Of a stretch of 64,000 nt of DNA, positions 35,273-43,969 are shown one piece after another. The stretch spans positions 4,012 through 68,011 of the forward strand of contig CAYGHD010000002.1 in assembly GCA_964349675.1 (NCBI GenBank), written 5' to 3'. The position numbers and the translations under genes are program-made. Numbering within the stretch: position 1 is the stretch's first letter; each line of letters begins with the position of its first letter. Under the pieces are notes generated by a model. The model searched no databases. It saw only the letters and a program-made list of their open reading frames with translations, and was not told the origin of the DNA. The stretch comes from an uncultured Candidatus Saccharibacteria bacterium. GTDB taxonomy: Bacteria; Patescibacteriota; Minisyncoccia; Phycocordibacterales; SBAW01.

Positions 35273-36061
35273 ATGAACGAATTTTCCAAAGAACTCAATG
35301 CAGCAAAAAAGATAGCTCGACAAGCCGGAGAGATAATGCTCAGGTATTTTTCCGACGAACTAATTGTTGAGCGGAAAAATGACGACTCTCCCGTTACGAA
35401 AGCTGATATTGAAATAAATCGTCTTGTTATTGAAGAGTTGGGAAAGCAATTTAACGATGGTATTGTCGGTGAGGAAGAGAGTACTGCGGAGTATGGAATG
35501 GGTCGAAGATGGATATGCGACCCAATTGATGGCACGAGAGCTTTTACTTGGGGTTTGCCAACATCAATGTTTTCGCTTGGACTCGCCATAGACGGAATCC
35601 CAGTGCTGGGCGTTGCATACGACCCTTTCCTTGATCTCCTCTATGAAGCAACAAAAGATAGTGAAAGCCTTTGTAATGGCAAGCCTATCCACGTATCGTC
35701 TGTTGGAATTACAGGTGCCTCAATTGCTGTCTCTGGTAGTCCAGAGAAACTTTTAGACGACCCTTCACAAGCCGCCCTCCTCGCACGTCTCGTCGAGAAA
35801 AAAGTACGTATCGTTGGTTTTAGTGGATCGGTATATCGTGCATGTCTGGTCGCGCGTGGAAGACTTGCCGGTTATGTTGAAAAAAATATAAATACACACG
35901 ACCTTGCTGCTGTGGAAGTTATACTGAAACAAGCGGGTGGCATGATTACTGATTTTGAAGGGAAACAGTTGGATTACAGCAAGGCTTTTAAAGGGGCGGT
36001 TATTTCTAACTCGGTCGTTCATGCGGATCTTTTGGAGTGTGTAGCTGGTCTTGATTGGTAG
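35273..36061 (+). CDS. Inositol monophosphatase family protein (SuhB/CysQ-like)
   Basis: EE..TAEY metal-binding segment, WICDPIDGT motif and C-terminal DxxxGG region. Confidence 0.8.
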   Translation: MNEFSKELNAAKKIARQAGEIMLRYFSDELIVERKNDDSPVTKADIEINRLVIEELGKQFNDGIVGEEESTAEYGMGRRWICDPIDGTRAFTWGLPTSMFSLGLAIDGIPVLGVAYDPFLDLLYEATKDSESLCNGKPIHVSSVGITGASIAVSGSPEKLLDDPSQAALLARLVEKKVRIVGFSGSVYRACLVARGRLAGYVEKNINTHDLAAVEVILKQAGGMITDFEGKQLDYSKAFKGAVISNSVVHADLLECVAGLDW

Positions 36062-36124
36062 AAACTTGACGTTTTAGTCATAATGTGGAACTTCGCAACC
36101 TTAAAGCCGCCTTTCCACAAGGCG

Positions 36125-36210
36125 GCTTTTCTTTTTATTCTATATACACCACCGCTCTAGTCTCTATAGCCTCCACGCTTTTGGGTACACACTTTTGCAA
36201 ACTAGGGGAC
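36125..36210 (+). repeat. Intergenic repeat element, copy B (palindrome deleted), fused to terminator hairpin 36103-36137
   Basis: See copy A. Preceded by aaagccgcc-tttccacaa-ggcggcttt hairpin and T-run. Confidence 0.5.
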
Positions 36211-36692
36211 AGTAGGGGCAGCGCGTTTTCTAGAGGCATAAAAATGTATTCCTCAAGCTCCCCAGTGTCTAGTTTTATTGATGCAATTTGATCGTCGGTT
36301 AGCGTGCCGCCATAGAAGACAAATTTAAGAGAGTCTGGGTATACTCCTTTTTTGTGTGCAAAATATATTCCTACCAGTTGTAGCGTTATCGCGCTCAATC
36401 CAATTTCTTCCCGCGTCTCTCGCAGGGCGCAGTGGAGCGGGGATTCATCTTCGTCGGCTGCTCCGCCAGGCACCAACCATTCTTCCCTGTAATCTGGTTT
36501 AACTACAAGCAATTCGTTTTTGGAGTTAAAAAACAGCACCGCAGTCCCAACCTGTTTCTTGGGCAGCAGGGCGGCATACTCTTCGTCGGTATATTTTTTT
36601 ACCACACGCACATCATAGCATTGAGAAGCCCCGCCCGTTTCTTGTAAGGGAAGAGTCCTGGCGCCGGAGCAAAAGTTGACAATTATTTGCAT
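36135..36692 (-). CDS. NUDIX hydrolase
   Basis: Nudix box GGAADEDESPLHCALRETREEIGL. The start is uncertain: ATG 36692 or a GTG near 36610. Confidence 0.75.
   Translation of the reverse strand: MQIIVNFCSGARTLPLQETGGASQCYDVRVVKKYTDEEYAALLPKKQVGTAVLFFNSKNELLVVKPDYREEWLVPGGAADEDESPLHCALRETREEIGLSAITLQLVGIYFAHKKGVYPDSLKFVFYGGTLTDDQIASIKLDTGELEEYIFMPLENALPLLSPSLQKCVPKSVEAIETRAVVYIE
36653..36670 (+). repeat. 18-bp direct repeat of the tRNA-Asn 3' end (att-like island boundary)
   Basis: gagtcctggcgccggagc is identical to 30152-30169. Confidence 0.55.
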
Positions 36693-36729
36693 TTTGTTTT
36701 AAATATTTTCTGAACAGCATGCTCTGCAA

Positions 36730-37227
36730 ATGCACAGCAGTAAGGAGGAGAAAATGTTTCAGCTTCTGATGAAAAAGTTCTTCGGCGATAAAGATAGAGT
36801 GAGTACAACCGCCCACCTGGAAGAAAAGAGTGGGAATGCCTACATCACGCCTGAGCTTCACCGTGAGATGCTCGCAAAGAAGGCTGCTGTTGCGGAAAGG
36901 CGGGGAGTCTTTAAGCGCACATGCTCTTTTGAAGATTGGCAAAGGCGAGAGTTTGAGCTGCAAACACGCATTAGGACAAACAACCCTATGTCTTTCAAAT
37001 GGGTTGAAGATACGGAAGGAACGCCAGTCGGTTTTCCGTTGTTTGTTTTTCACATCACCATGCATGACATGTTTCCGTCTGCCTGCAACCAGTTTCTAAC
37101 AGAAGAAACTTTGATCGCGGGTCTCAGGTGCAACGCGGTAAGTTGTGGTCGCTTTGTGCAGATCGACAAGCACGAGGGATTCATTGAGGTGCAGCCTCGG
37201 TGGGTCGAAGATCTCGGGGCAGAGTAA
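36730..37227 (+). CDS. Hypothetical protein
   Basis: ORF with a terminator hairpin at 37235-37275. No recognisable domain. Confidence 0.3.
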   Translation: MHSSKEEKMFQLLMKKFFGDKDRVSTTAHLEEKSGNAYITPELHREMLAKKAAVAERRGVFKRTCSFEDWQRREFELQTRIRTNNPMSFKWVEDTEGTPVGFPLFVFHITMHDMFPSACNQFLTEETLIAGLRCNAVSCGRFVQIDKHEGFIEVQPRWVEDLGAE

Positions 37228-37262
37228 CTGCGTGCCGCCACCTCGTCTCGGACGAGATGGCG

Positions 37263-37369
37263 GTTTTTCTTTTTATTCCACATACACCACCACGTTAGTG
37301 TTTATAGCCTCCACGCTTTTGGGCACGCACTCTGTGCAGTCTGACCTGCGCAGCAAATAAGACGGGGGA
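37263..37369 (+). repeat. Intergenic repeat element, copy C, fused to terminator hairpin 37235-37275
   Basis: See copy A. 13-bp stem ccgccacctcgtc/gacgagatggcgg, a T-run, then the conserved block with GGCACG-N4 motif and palindrome. Confidence 0.55.
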
Positions 37370-37394
37370 ACTTTTCGGATATACTCATACGTAT

Positions 37395-38495
37395 ATGAAG
37401 ATACTCTTATGGGTCGGAGCAGTTGTTGTGCTGGCAGTGGGAGGGTTGTACGCGTTCAACATATACAGTCCACAGTCTGTTCGTCTGCTGATGCAACAAA
37501 CTGCCGATACAGAGACGGTTGGTGGGCAAAAAAATAGTGCAGCGTCTCCCCAAGACCAAATCCAAGAGGCGCTTCCTGAAGTTGAGGGGACTACTGTGGC
37601 GTCAAACCAAAATGCAACCACGAAAGAAACTATTGACGACAGGGCAACTCCTCCAATTGTTGCAGTGCTTGAAGTTGATTCAGTGAAATCAATAAATCCT
37701 TATGACATAGTCAAAACGTATTTAACAAAATACAAGGACTCAAACGATTTTCTTGCCATTTTTAATTACGGAGGTCCACGAGACCAGTATCATCTCACCG
37801 TCAAAAACAACACAAAAGGTATCTATAATCCAGATGTTGCCAGGGGTGATAGTTCGTCGACGTATGGGAGTAGTGGGACGCTGCTTGGCATTGGTGTTGT
37901 GGGTAACATCAAGCAATACCAATCAGACACACCCATCTTTAATGTCCTCCTGGAGGAAATTTACGCACACTATTGGGGCGTATACATCGGCGATGTCATA
38001 GACAGCACGCACCAGCTCCCGCTTCAAAACACCCTCGCCAGAGCGCATTGGACCACCTGTTTAAATTTTCTCGACAACCCCGATGTGCGATATTGGAAGG
38101 CAAGCCATTGGGAGAAGGTCGGGCAAAACAAATGGAAGTTGCTTTTACCCGATAATCCACTGCCACGGTTCGATCCTATTTTACTGTATCTAATGGGATA
38201 TCTGGATGCGTCAAAAGTTCCTGATGTTGAATTGATCATTCCTGACTCTGGGCAAAAGGCTGCATATTGTAATCAGGGCGAGACTATCGAAGGGACTAGT
38301 CGGATTATTTCAATGAAAGAGATTATTGAGTACCTTGGCCCCCGAGAGCCATATGTGAATACAAAGAGGAATTATTCCATCGGATATATTTTGGTAGTAG
38401 AGCGCGGTACGACCCCCTCGGCCTCGAGTATACAAACTATTGAGCGGGTTGCGGCGGGCTTACCAAAAGTGTTCCAAGATGCAATTACCTACTAA
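37395..38495 (+). CDS. Hypothetical membrane-anchored extracytoplasmic protein
   Basis: Single N-terminal TM helix, then a 340-aa domain with no recognisable motifs. Confidence 0.4.
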   Translation: MKILLWVGAVVVLAVGGLYAFNIYSPQSVRLLMQQTADTETVGGQKNSAASPQDQIQEALPEVEGTTVASNQNATTKETIDDRATPPIVAVLEVDSVKSINPYDIVKTYLTKYKDSNDFLAIFNYGGPRDQYHLTVKNNTKGIYNPDVARGDSSSTYGSSGTLLGIGVVGNIKQYQSDTPIFNVLLEEIYAHYWGVYIGDVIDSTHQLPLQNTLARAHWTTCLNFLDNPDVRYWKASHWEKVGQNKWKLLLPDNPLPRFDPILLYLMGYLDASKVPDVELIIPDSGQKAAYCNQGETIEGTSRIISMKEIIEYLGPREPYVNTKRNYSIGYILVVERGTTPSASSIQTIERVAAGLPKVFQDAITY

Positions 38496-38538
38496 CCTCT
38501 CCAGAGAAGGAAGCAGAGTTTGACAAAAAGGCTCATGT

Positions 38539-40467
38539 ATGGCAGAGTGCCGCTGGGTAGCTACAGAGTCTGGTTTCTACGGCGAGCCAGACTTTGTTCA
38601 AAAGAGAGCCGAAAGGAGATGCCCGATGGGCGGAAACTATTTTGTTTTGGCGGCAGGCATCACAGCCTTCCTTGGCGTGGTGCCGCTTCTCATCAAGGGG
38701 CGGCTCACTGCCGCTGCTGTCCTTGGTGGACTTGCCTTCCTGCTGCTGTGGCTCCTGTTCTATGCGACGACTCCATCAACAGTATACCCATTCTGGGGGC
38801 CGGTCGGATTCTTCTGCATCCTGCTATGGACCATCTGCGCTATCGTCGACGGCATTCGCGAAAAAAACCCGACCTGGGTCGCAGCTGTGCCGCTTGTCGG
38901 TTGCCTTATATGGTTCGGTTCGATGATTGCTGGCTGGTCTGCATTCAACGCGCAGACGTACGCCACGATGATCGGCCAAATTGAGGAAAGGGTCTGGACA
39001 CGGGACGTCCAGCCCAAGGATACACGGCACATGATCATGGTCTCGTCTCCAACGGCGGACTTCCTGGCGAGGAAGGCGGTCGCGCAAGGTGGGACTATCG
39101 GCAGCCAATTCAGCCTGGATACCGTCAACGTGCGGCTCCAGCGGGTCAACGGAGAGCTTGTCTACGTATTTCCGCTCGACTTCAAGGGGTACTCGACCTG
39201 GCTCAACTCTTCGGGCGTCCCCGCATACATCATTGTGTACGCGGAAGACCCTGAGCGTGCGCCGCACCTTGTGACCTTGCCGTCGGAGAAAGCGTTTCGC
39301 TATACGCCCGGCGCGTACTTCAGCGCCGACCTGGAAAGGCATATGCGCAACAATGGCTTCCTCAACGACGGGCTCGACGATTTCCATCTTGAGCTCGACG
39401 AAGAGGGAAACCCACTGTGGATCGTGACGACCTACAAACCAAGCGTGACGTGGTATGGCGCAAAAGTCACTGGCGTCGCGACCATTAACCCGGTCAACGG
39501 CGTCATTAACCGGTACAGCGTCGAAAACGCTCCTGCCTGGATCGATCGAATCATCCCAAAAGGGTATGTTGAAGACTACCTCGAGTGGCAGGGCGGGCTC
39601 TCTGGCGGCTGGCTCAACAGCTGGTGGGGGACGCTCAATGTGACCAAGCCCGAGCAACCCATCCTCATCTACGGGGCGGACGGCAATATCGAGTTCGTCA
39701 CCAGCATGACGTCGAGGAATAATAAGGACGACTCGCTTGTCGGCCTTATGTATACGGACTCCCGAACGGGGAAAACCATCCTCTACAAGGTCAATGGCGG
39801 CGCAACTGACGCTGCGATTATGTACGCGGTGAACAAGAACAGCCAAGTCCAATTTCGTCATCTGACTGCCACGACGCCGCAGATCTACAACGTCTACGGC
39901 AGTATGGCAGCGGTGGTGCCGCTGGTAAACGCTACCGGCGCCTTCCAAGGTGTCGCCATCGTGTCGGTGTTGAACGTCCAAGATGTCGCAGTCGGTGCCA
40001 CTCCGGTGGAAGCGCTGCGAAACTATCAGACGCTCGCTTCCCGGCAAGGGCAGCAGGTGGCACTCCAGAAGAGCGCGGATGTGAAGCAGCTGACGGGCGT
40101 GATAGATCGCATCCGCCAGGATGTCGGCTCGAACGGCGGACCATACCTCTTCCATGTTGAGGGGGTGCCGCGGATCTTCATGGCTTCCAGCCAGGAATAC
40201 TCAAAATTGCCGCTCACGCAGGTCGGCGATTCCGTGACTATCGAATATGTCGCCTCCGGCGAGGAGACCGTGCCCGTCCTTCGGTTCGACAATCTTTCTC
40301 TGCCACTCGACAAGACTGAGATGCAACAGGAAGTCGAGCGGGCGGCAGCGGCGCGGATTGCCGCTGAAGGTACCCGCAGAGCCGAGAAGAGTCTCGTCGA
40401 CCAGCTCAAAGGGATGTCTCCAGACAAACTGAAACAGCTTGAACAGCTGCTGCGTCAGACTCAGTAA
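38539..40467 (+). CDS. Hypothetical polytopic membrane protein with large extracytoplasmic C-terminal domain
   Basis: Four N-terminal TM helices followed by a ~480-aa soluble domain. The start is more likely the Met at 38626. A clean intrinsic terminator lies at 40492-40525. Confidence 0.4.
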   Translation: MAECRWVATESGFYGEPDFVQKRAERRCPMGGNYFVLAAGITAFLGVVPLLIKGRLTAAAVLGGLAFLLLWLLFYATTPSTVYPFWGPVGFFCILLWTICAIVDGIREKNPTWVAAVPLVGCLIWFGSMIAGWSAFNAQTYATMIGQIEERVWTRDVQPKDTRHMIMVSSPTADFLARKAVAQGGTIGSQFSLDTVNVRLQRVNGELVYVFPLDFKGYSTWLNSSGVPAYIIVYAEDPERAPHLVTLPSEKAFRYTPGAYFSADLERHMRNNGFLNDGLDDFHLELDEEGNPLWIVTTYKPSVTWYGAKVTGVATINPVNGVINRYSVENAPAWIDRIIPKGYVEDYLEWQGGLSGGWLNSWWGTLNVTKPEQPILIYGADGNIEFVTSMTSRNNKDDSLVGLMYTDSRTGKTILYKVNGGATDAAIMYAVNKNSQVQFRHLTATTPQIYNVYGSMAAVVPLVNATGAFQGVAIVSVLNVQDVAVGATPVEALRNYQTLASRQGQQVALQKSADVKQLTGVIDRIRQDVGSNGGPYLFHVEGVPRIFMASSQEYSKLPLTQVGDSVTIEYVASGEETVPVLRFDNLSLPLDKTEMQQEVERAAAARIAAEGTRRAEKSLVDQLKGMSPDKLKQLEQLLRQTQ

Positions 40468-40491
40468 TCTTCCAAATCCGGATTTCCGGTA

Positions 40492-40525
40492 CCCCGCAGA
40501 GTTTTCTCTGCGGGGTATTTTCTTA
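40492..40525 (+). terminator. Intrinsic terminator
   Basis: ccccgcagag-tttt-ctctgcgggg followed by tattttctt. Confidence 0.65.
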
Positions 40526-40569
40526 TATACAAAATATTTTTCTAACTTTGCTATACTTATGTAACTAGT

Positions 40570-41052
40570 ATGAGCAAATATGTAATAGCAATTGTGGGTG
40601 TTGTGGCTCTGGGCCTGGCGGCTTGGTATGTGTATGCACCACAGCCGCAGACACAGGGTACAGACGTTAAACTCTATTTTTATAACCCGGCGCTCGACCA
40701 GGGCCCCGGCGGGGTGCAATGCAGCGCCCAGGGCCTTGTTGCGGTGTCGCGAGTTATTCCACACACTGCCACCCCTCTTGCTGACGCGGTACGGTTGCTT
40801 TTGCAGGGCGAGATTTCTAGTGCAGAGCGGGCGGCCGGTATCGAAAGCGAATTCCCACTCCAAGGCCTTACACTTGCCAGCGCCGCTACTTCGGATGGGG
40901 TTGCGACGCTTACTTTTAGTGACCCGCAAAATAAAACGGGCGGCGGTTCTTGCCGAGTCGCTATTTTATGGGCTCAAATTGAGGCGACTGCAAAACAATT
41001 TCCAACAGTAACCCGCGTGCGCTTTCTGCCGGAGGAGTTATTCCAACCTTAG
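40570..41052 (+). CDS. GerMN-domain-like secreted/lipoprotein
   Basis: N-terminal TM/signal, then the LYFYNP...PxxxxxAVRLLLQG pattern typical of GerMN domains. Confidence 0.4.
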   Translation: MSKYVIAIVGVVALGLAAWYVYAPQPQTQGTDVKLYFYNPALDQGPGGVQCSAQGLVAVSRVIPHTATPLADAVRLLLQGEISSAERAAGIESEFPLQGLTLASAATSDGVATLTFSDPQNKTGGGSCRVAILWAQIEATAKQFPTVTRVRFLPEELFQP

Positions 41053-41160
41053 CGGTGGACATCCCAGGCCTTCGCGTTTTTGTGAGGGTCTTTTTTTAAT
41101 TCCGCACTCAACGCTGTGGGTTGCATTTGCGCATAAAACAGTGAAGTATAGTGACTGGAC

Positions 41161-41976
41161 TTGCCGTACACTGTCGGCGCACGGTACAGTGGTGAACATA
41201 TGACAGAGAAAGAAACAACGATGATCAACACCCCGGATGCTCACGGAATGGGCGACGCATATGATGCGTTTGCTGCTGCGTTTGGCGAAGCAGACAAGCT
41301 GCCAACATGGCTGTTTGTCGGCAAACCGGCGATGGAAGATTTGCTGCAGCCGTATTTGAAACCAGAAACGCGCTGTCTTGATTTCGGCTCTGCGAGCGCG
41401 CGGGTTGAAAATGGAGTGCTGCTTCCTCAAGGGGTCTTGCCGCAAAACATCACTGGCGTTGAGATCAGTCCCGATCAAGTCAAAATGGCGCAAGTGCGCA
41501 TCCCGGGCGCGCGCTTTTTGGTTGGCGATGTTGCCGACCCGTCGCTGCTCAGTGATGAGTCTGGCACATACGACGTCGTATTTTCACACATGGTCTTTGA
41601 ACACTTGGACGATGAGCAGCTGGCGCGCGCCTGCGCAAATGCCTACCGGCTGTTGCGGCCGGGCGGCACCTTTGCCTTTGTGGTTACGCACCCAGACAAA
41701 ATGACTGACCTGGACGGCAATCTGGTTACCACCTTTGGGCCGTTTATGACTACGGCACCGTGGGGAGGCGAACTTCACAATTGGCGACGCAGCTTGGCAG
41801 ATACCGAGCGTCTGGTGCGCGGTGCGGGGTTTGTGGACTACGTCGCCAGTGAAGTCCAATTTCCAGAGCATCCGCCAGCAGGCCTGAGTGATGCTGACAA
41901 TGCTGCGTTTACCGCCGCTGCCGCAAAATACCGCAAATACCCAGCCATTCGTCTTGCTGTGCAAGCAAAGCGATAG
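41161..41976 (+). CDS. Class I SAM-dependent methyltransferase
   Basis: CLDFGSASA motif I-like and LLRPGGTFAFVV motif. Confidence 0.6.
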   Translation: MPYTVGARYSGEHMTEKETTMINTPDAHGMGDAYDAFAAAFGEADKLPTWLFVGKPAMEDLLQPYLKPETRCLDFGSASARVENGVLLPQGVLPQNITGVEISPDQVKMAQVRIPGARFLVGDVADPSLLSDESGTYDVVFSHMVFEHLDDEQLARACANAYRLLRPGGTFAFVVTHPDKMTDLDGNLVTTFGPFMTTAPWGGELHNWRRSLADTERLVRGAGFVDYVASEVQFPEHPPAGLSDADNAAFTAAAAKYRKYPAIRLAVQAKR

Positions 41977-42060
41977 TGGTTTGCCGCCGCTCCTTCCAAG
42001 TTATGAGGGGGCGGTTTTCTTTTTTCAAACATCTTTTGTGCTAGGTAGTATACTGAAGGC

Positions 42061-42624
42061 ATGACATTCTCTTGGCGCATGGCTCTTGGTGTAGCGGTTG
42101 GGCTCGTGGCTGCACAAGTGTTGGTGCTCTATTTGCTTGGCCAACCATGGCTGTGCTCTTGCGGGTACGTCAAACTGTGGGAGGGGATGATCTTCTCCGT
42201 CGGCAACTCACAGCATATAAGCGACTGGTATACATTTTCACACATCATCCACGGGTTTGTTTTTTATGCCGTGCTTACATACTTTTTTCCTCGAGTGCCG
42301 ATGTTGTGGCGTCTTGCCTTGGCGCTCGGGCTCGAGGTCGGCTGGGAGATTATGGAAAACACGCCCTGGGTTATTAATCAGTATCGAGAGCAGGCCTTGG
42401 CGGCAGGGTATACGGGTGACAGTATTCTTAACTCGCTGTCGGACACCCTCGCTATGCTCGCGGGGTTTTTGTTGGCTTGGCGGTTGCCGGTGTGGCTTAC
42501 GGTTGCTTTTGCAATAGGTATGGAGCTGTTTGTGGGATACGCAGTGCACGACAACTTGGCGCTTAATATACTCAATTTCATCTATCAGTTTGATGCTATT
42601 GTCCGCTGGCAAAGCGGTGCATAA
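42061..42624 (+). CDS. DUF2585/UPF0314-like membrane protein
   Basis: Four TM helices and a CSCG motif. Weak family assignment. Confidence 0.35.
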   Translation: MTFSWRMALGVAVGLVAAQVLVLYLLGQPWLCSCGYVKLWEGMIFSVGNSQHISDWYTFSHIIHGFVFYAVLTYFFPRVPMLWRLALALGLEVGWEIMENTPWVINQYREQALAAGYTGDSILNSLSDTLAMLAGFLLAWRLPVWLTVAFAIGMELFVGYAVHDNLALNILNFIYQFDAIVRWQSGA

Positions 42625-42631
42625 TGCTTCT

Positions 42632-43339
42632 ATGACGCATCATATGACTAACCCGATGCCCGCATTGCTGGGTAAGGTAACAGCACTCTGGGCAGCTGCA
42701 AACGTCGGCTATTTTGTCATATTTCCGGTGTTTGGCTATGATGCAAGCTATAACGCGTCGCCTTGGATACTCACAGGATATTTTTTACTGTGGGCAGCAG
42801 TGAGTGTGTGGGTATTTTGGGAGCTACTCAGTCCACATTTCGCGGTTGACTCTTGGCTCTGGCTGTATGGGGCGCTCTGTCTGGTCTCTGCCGGAGTTAT
42901 GTTTGGGCTGCTCTACTTTTTTTCTTTGCTCCAGGCGCTGCATGGCCCGGCTTTGGCACCCTATACCGACTTACTGCTTGCAACGCCGTGGTACTTTCTT
43001 CCTAAAGCGGCTGAGATATTGGTGCAGCAGGTGCTGATTACGGCGCTCGTATTCGGACTGTATATGCACTGTAAGTCATTAAAAAAAGTGATGCTGCGCT
43101 ACAGCCTGCTGTTTGGCGGCGGGCACGTCATACTTTTTTTACTCAGCAATGCACCCACGCCGCATGCCAGCGCCATGACCTTGGCTGCGCTGCTATCTGG
43201 GCTTGTGTTTCCGTATCTACTGTTGCGGGTGAGGGGAGGGTTTATTTATAGCTACCTTATCCATTTTGTGTTTTATCTAGTCCTAGCCCTCGTGCTCCAC
43301 ACCTGGCCGCCCGCGGGGTATAGTGTTGGCTTGTTGTAA
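42632..43339 (+). CDS. Hypothetical polytopic membrane protein (possibly CPBP-like)
   Basis: Six to seven TM helices. EILVQQ and GGGHVILFLLSN loosely resemble CPBP motifs. Confidence 0.3.
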   Translation: MTHHMTNPMPALLGKVTALWAAANVGYFVIFPVFGYDASYNASPWILTGYFLLWAAVSVWVFWELLSPHFAVDSWLWLYGALCLVSAGVMFGLLYFFSLLQALHGPALAPYTDLLLATPWYFLPKAAEILVQQVLITALVFGLYMHCKSLKKVMLRYSLLFGGGHVILFLLSNAPTPHASAMTLAALLSGLVFPYLLLRVRGGFIYSYLIHFVFYLVLALVLHTWPPAGYSVGLL

Positions 43340-43388
43340 ATATATGCAGAAAAAACTTTCTCCAAAAAAGACCAGTTATAAGGAAGTG

Positions 43389-43604
43389 ATGAAAGTCCGA
43401 GTCAAGGCTGGAGCAAAACACGAGTCTGTGCAGCGCGTAGGCACCACCTTCATTATCGCCGTCAAAGAGCCTGCTGCAGAAAATAGGGCTAACCTCCGTG
43501 TGCGCGAAGTGCTCTCGGCAGAGCTTATGGTGCCTTTTGCTCAGGTGCGGCTCGTGTCGGGCCATCATAAGCCAAACAAGATGTTTGAAATTATCCGCTC
43601 CTGA
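43389..43604 (+). CDS. DUF167 (YggU) family protein
   Basis: VKAGAKHE...AVKEPAAENRANLRVREVLSAEL...VRLVSGHHKPNK pattern. Confidence 0.55.
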   Translation: MKVRVKAGAKHESVQRVGTTFIIAVKEPAAENRANLRVREVLSAELMVPFAQVRLVSGHHKPNKMFEIIRS

Positions 43605-43618
43605 TTCATACTAGAGGT

Positions 43619-43969
43619 ATGCATTACAACATCAAAGGTACCGGTTTGGCAGTAAGTGACGAAATTCGCTCATATATTGAAAAACGCTTACCAACGATAG
43701 AAAAGTATACCAGCGACGCTGATGCTCGGGTGGATATTGAGCTCGAGTATTTAAAAGATGAGGCAAAAATGTATCGCGCAGAGCTGATGTTCCATACGGT
43801 GCGCTCTGCGTCCATGCGTAGCGAGGCGCGCGGGGCCACGCTCCATGAGTCTATCGACATTGCCATAGGAGACTTGTCTCGAGAGCTTTCGCAGCATAAG
43901 AAAAAGCGTCGAGATATATTCCGCCGCGGCGCAGCAAAGGTTAAGGCTGTGTTGCGGGGTTGGTACTAG
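43619..43969 (+). CDS. hpf: Ribosome hibernation-promoting factor / RaiA (short form)
   Basis: Collinear with the S30AE family (NIKGTGLAVSDEIRSYIEKRL..VDIELEY). Confidence 0.75.
   Translation: MHYNIKGTGLAVSDEIRSYIEKRLPTIEKYTSDADARVDIELEYLKDEAKMYRAELMFHTVRSASMRSEARGATLHESIDIAIGDLSRELSQHKKKRRDIFRRGAAKVKAVLRGWY

Noticed and set aside
36085-37360. ORFs 36085..36291 and 37145..37360 encoding similar peptides (GGFSFYS.YTT.LV.IASTLLGTH)
   Set aside because: The similarity comes from nucleotide-level conservation of the intergenic repeat element. Both start inside terminator hairpins and lack ribosome-binding sites. They are treated as repeat DNA, not paralogous genes.
38824-40155. 443-aa minus-strand ORF inside the 642-aa membrane-protein gene
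   Set aside because: It is an Arg/Ala/Asp-rich low-complexity translation typical of an antisense frame in about 62% GC DNA. The plus-strand ORF has clear TM helices and a terminator.
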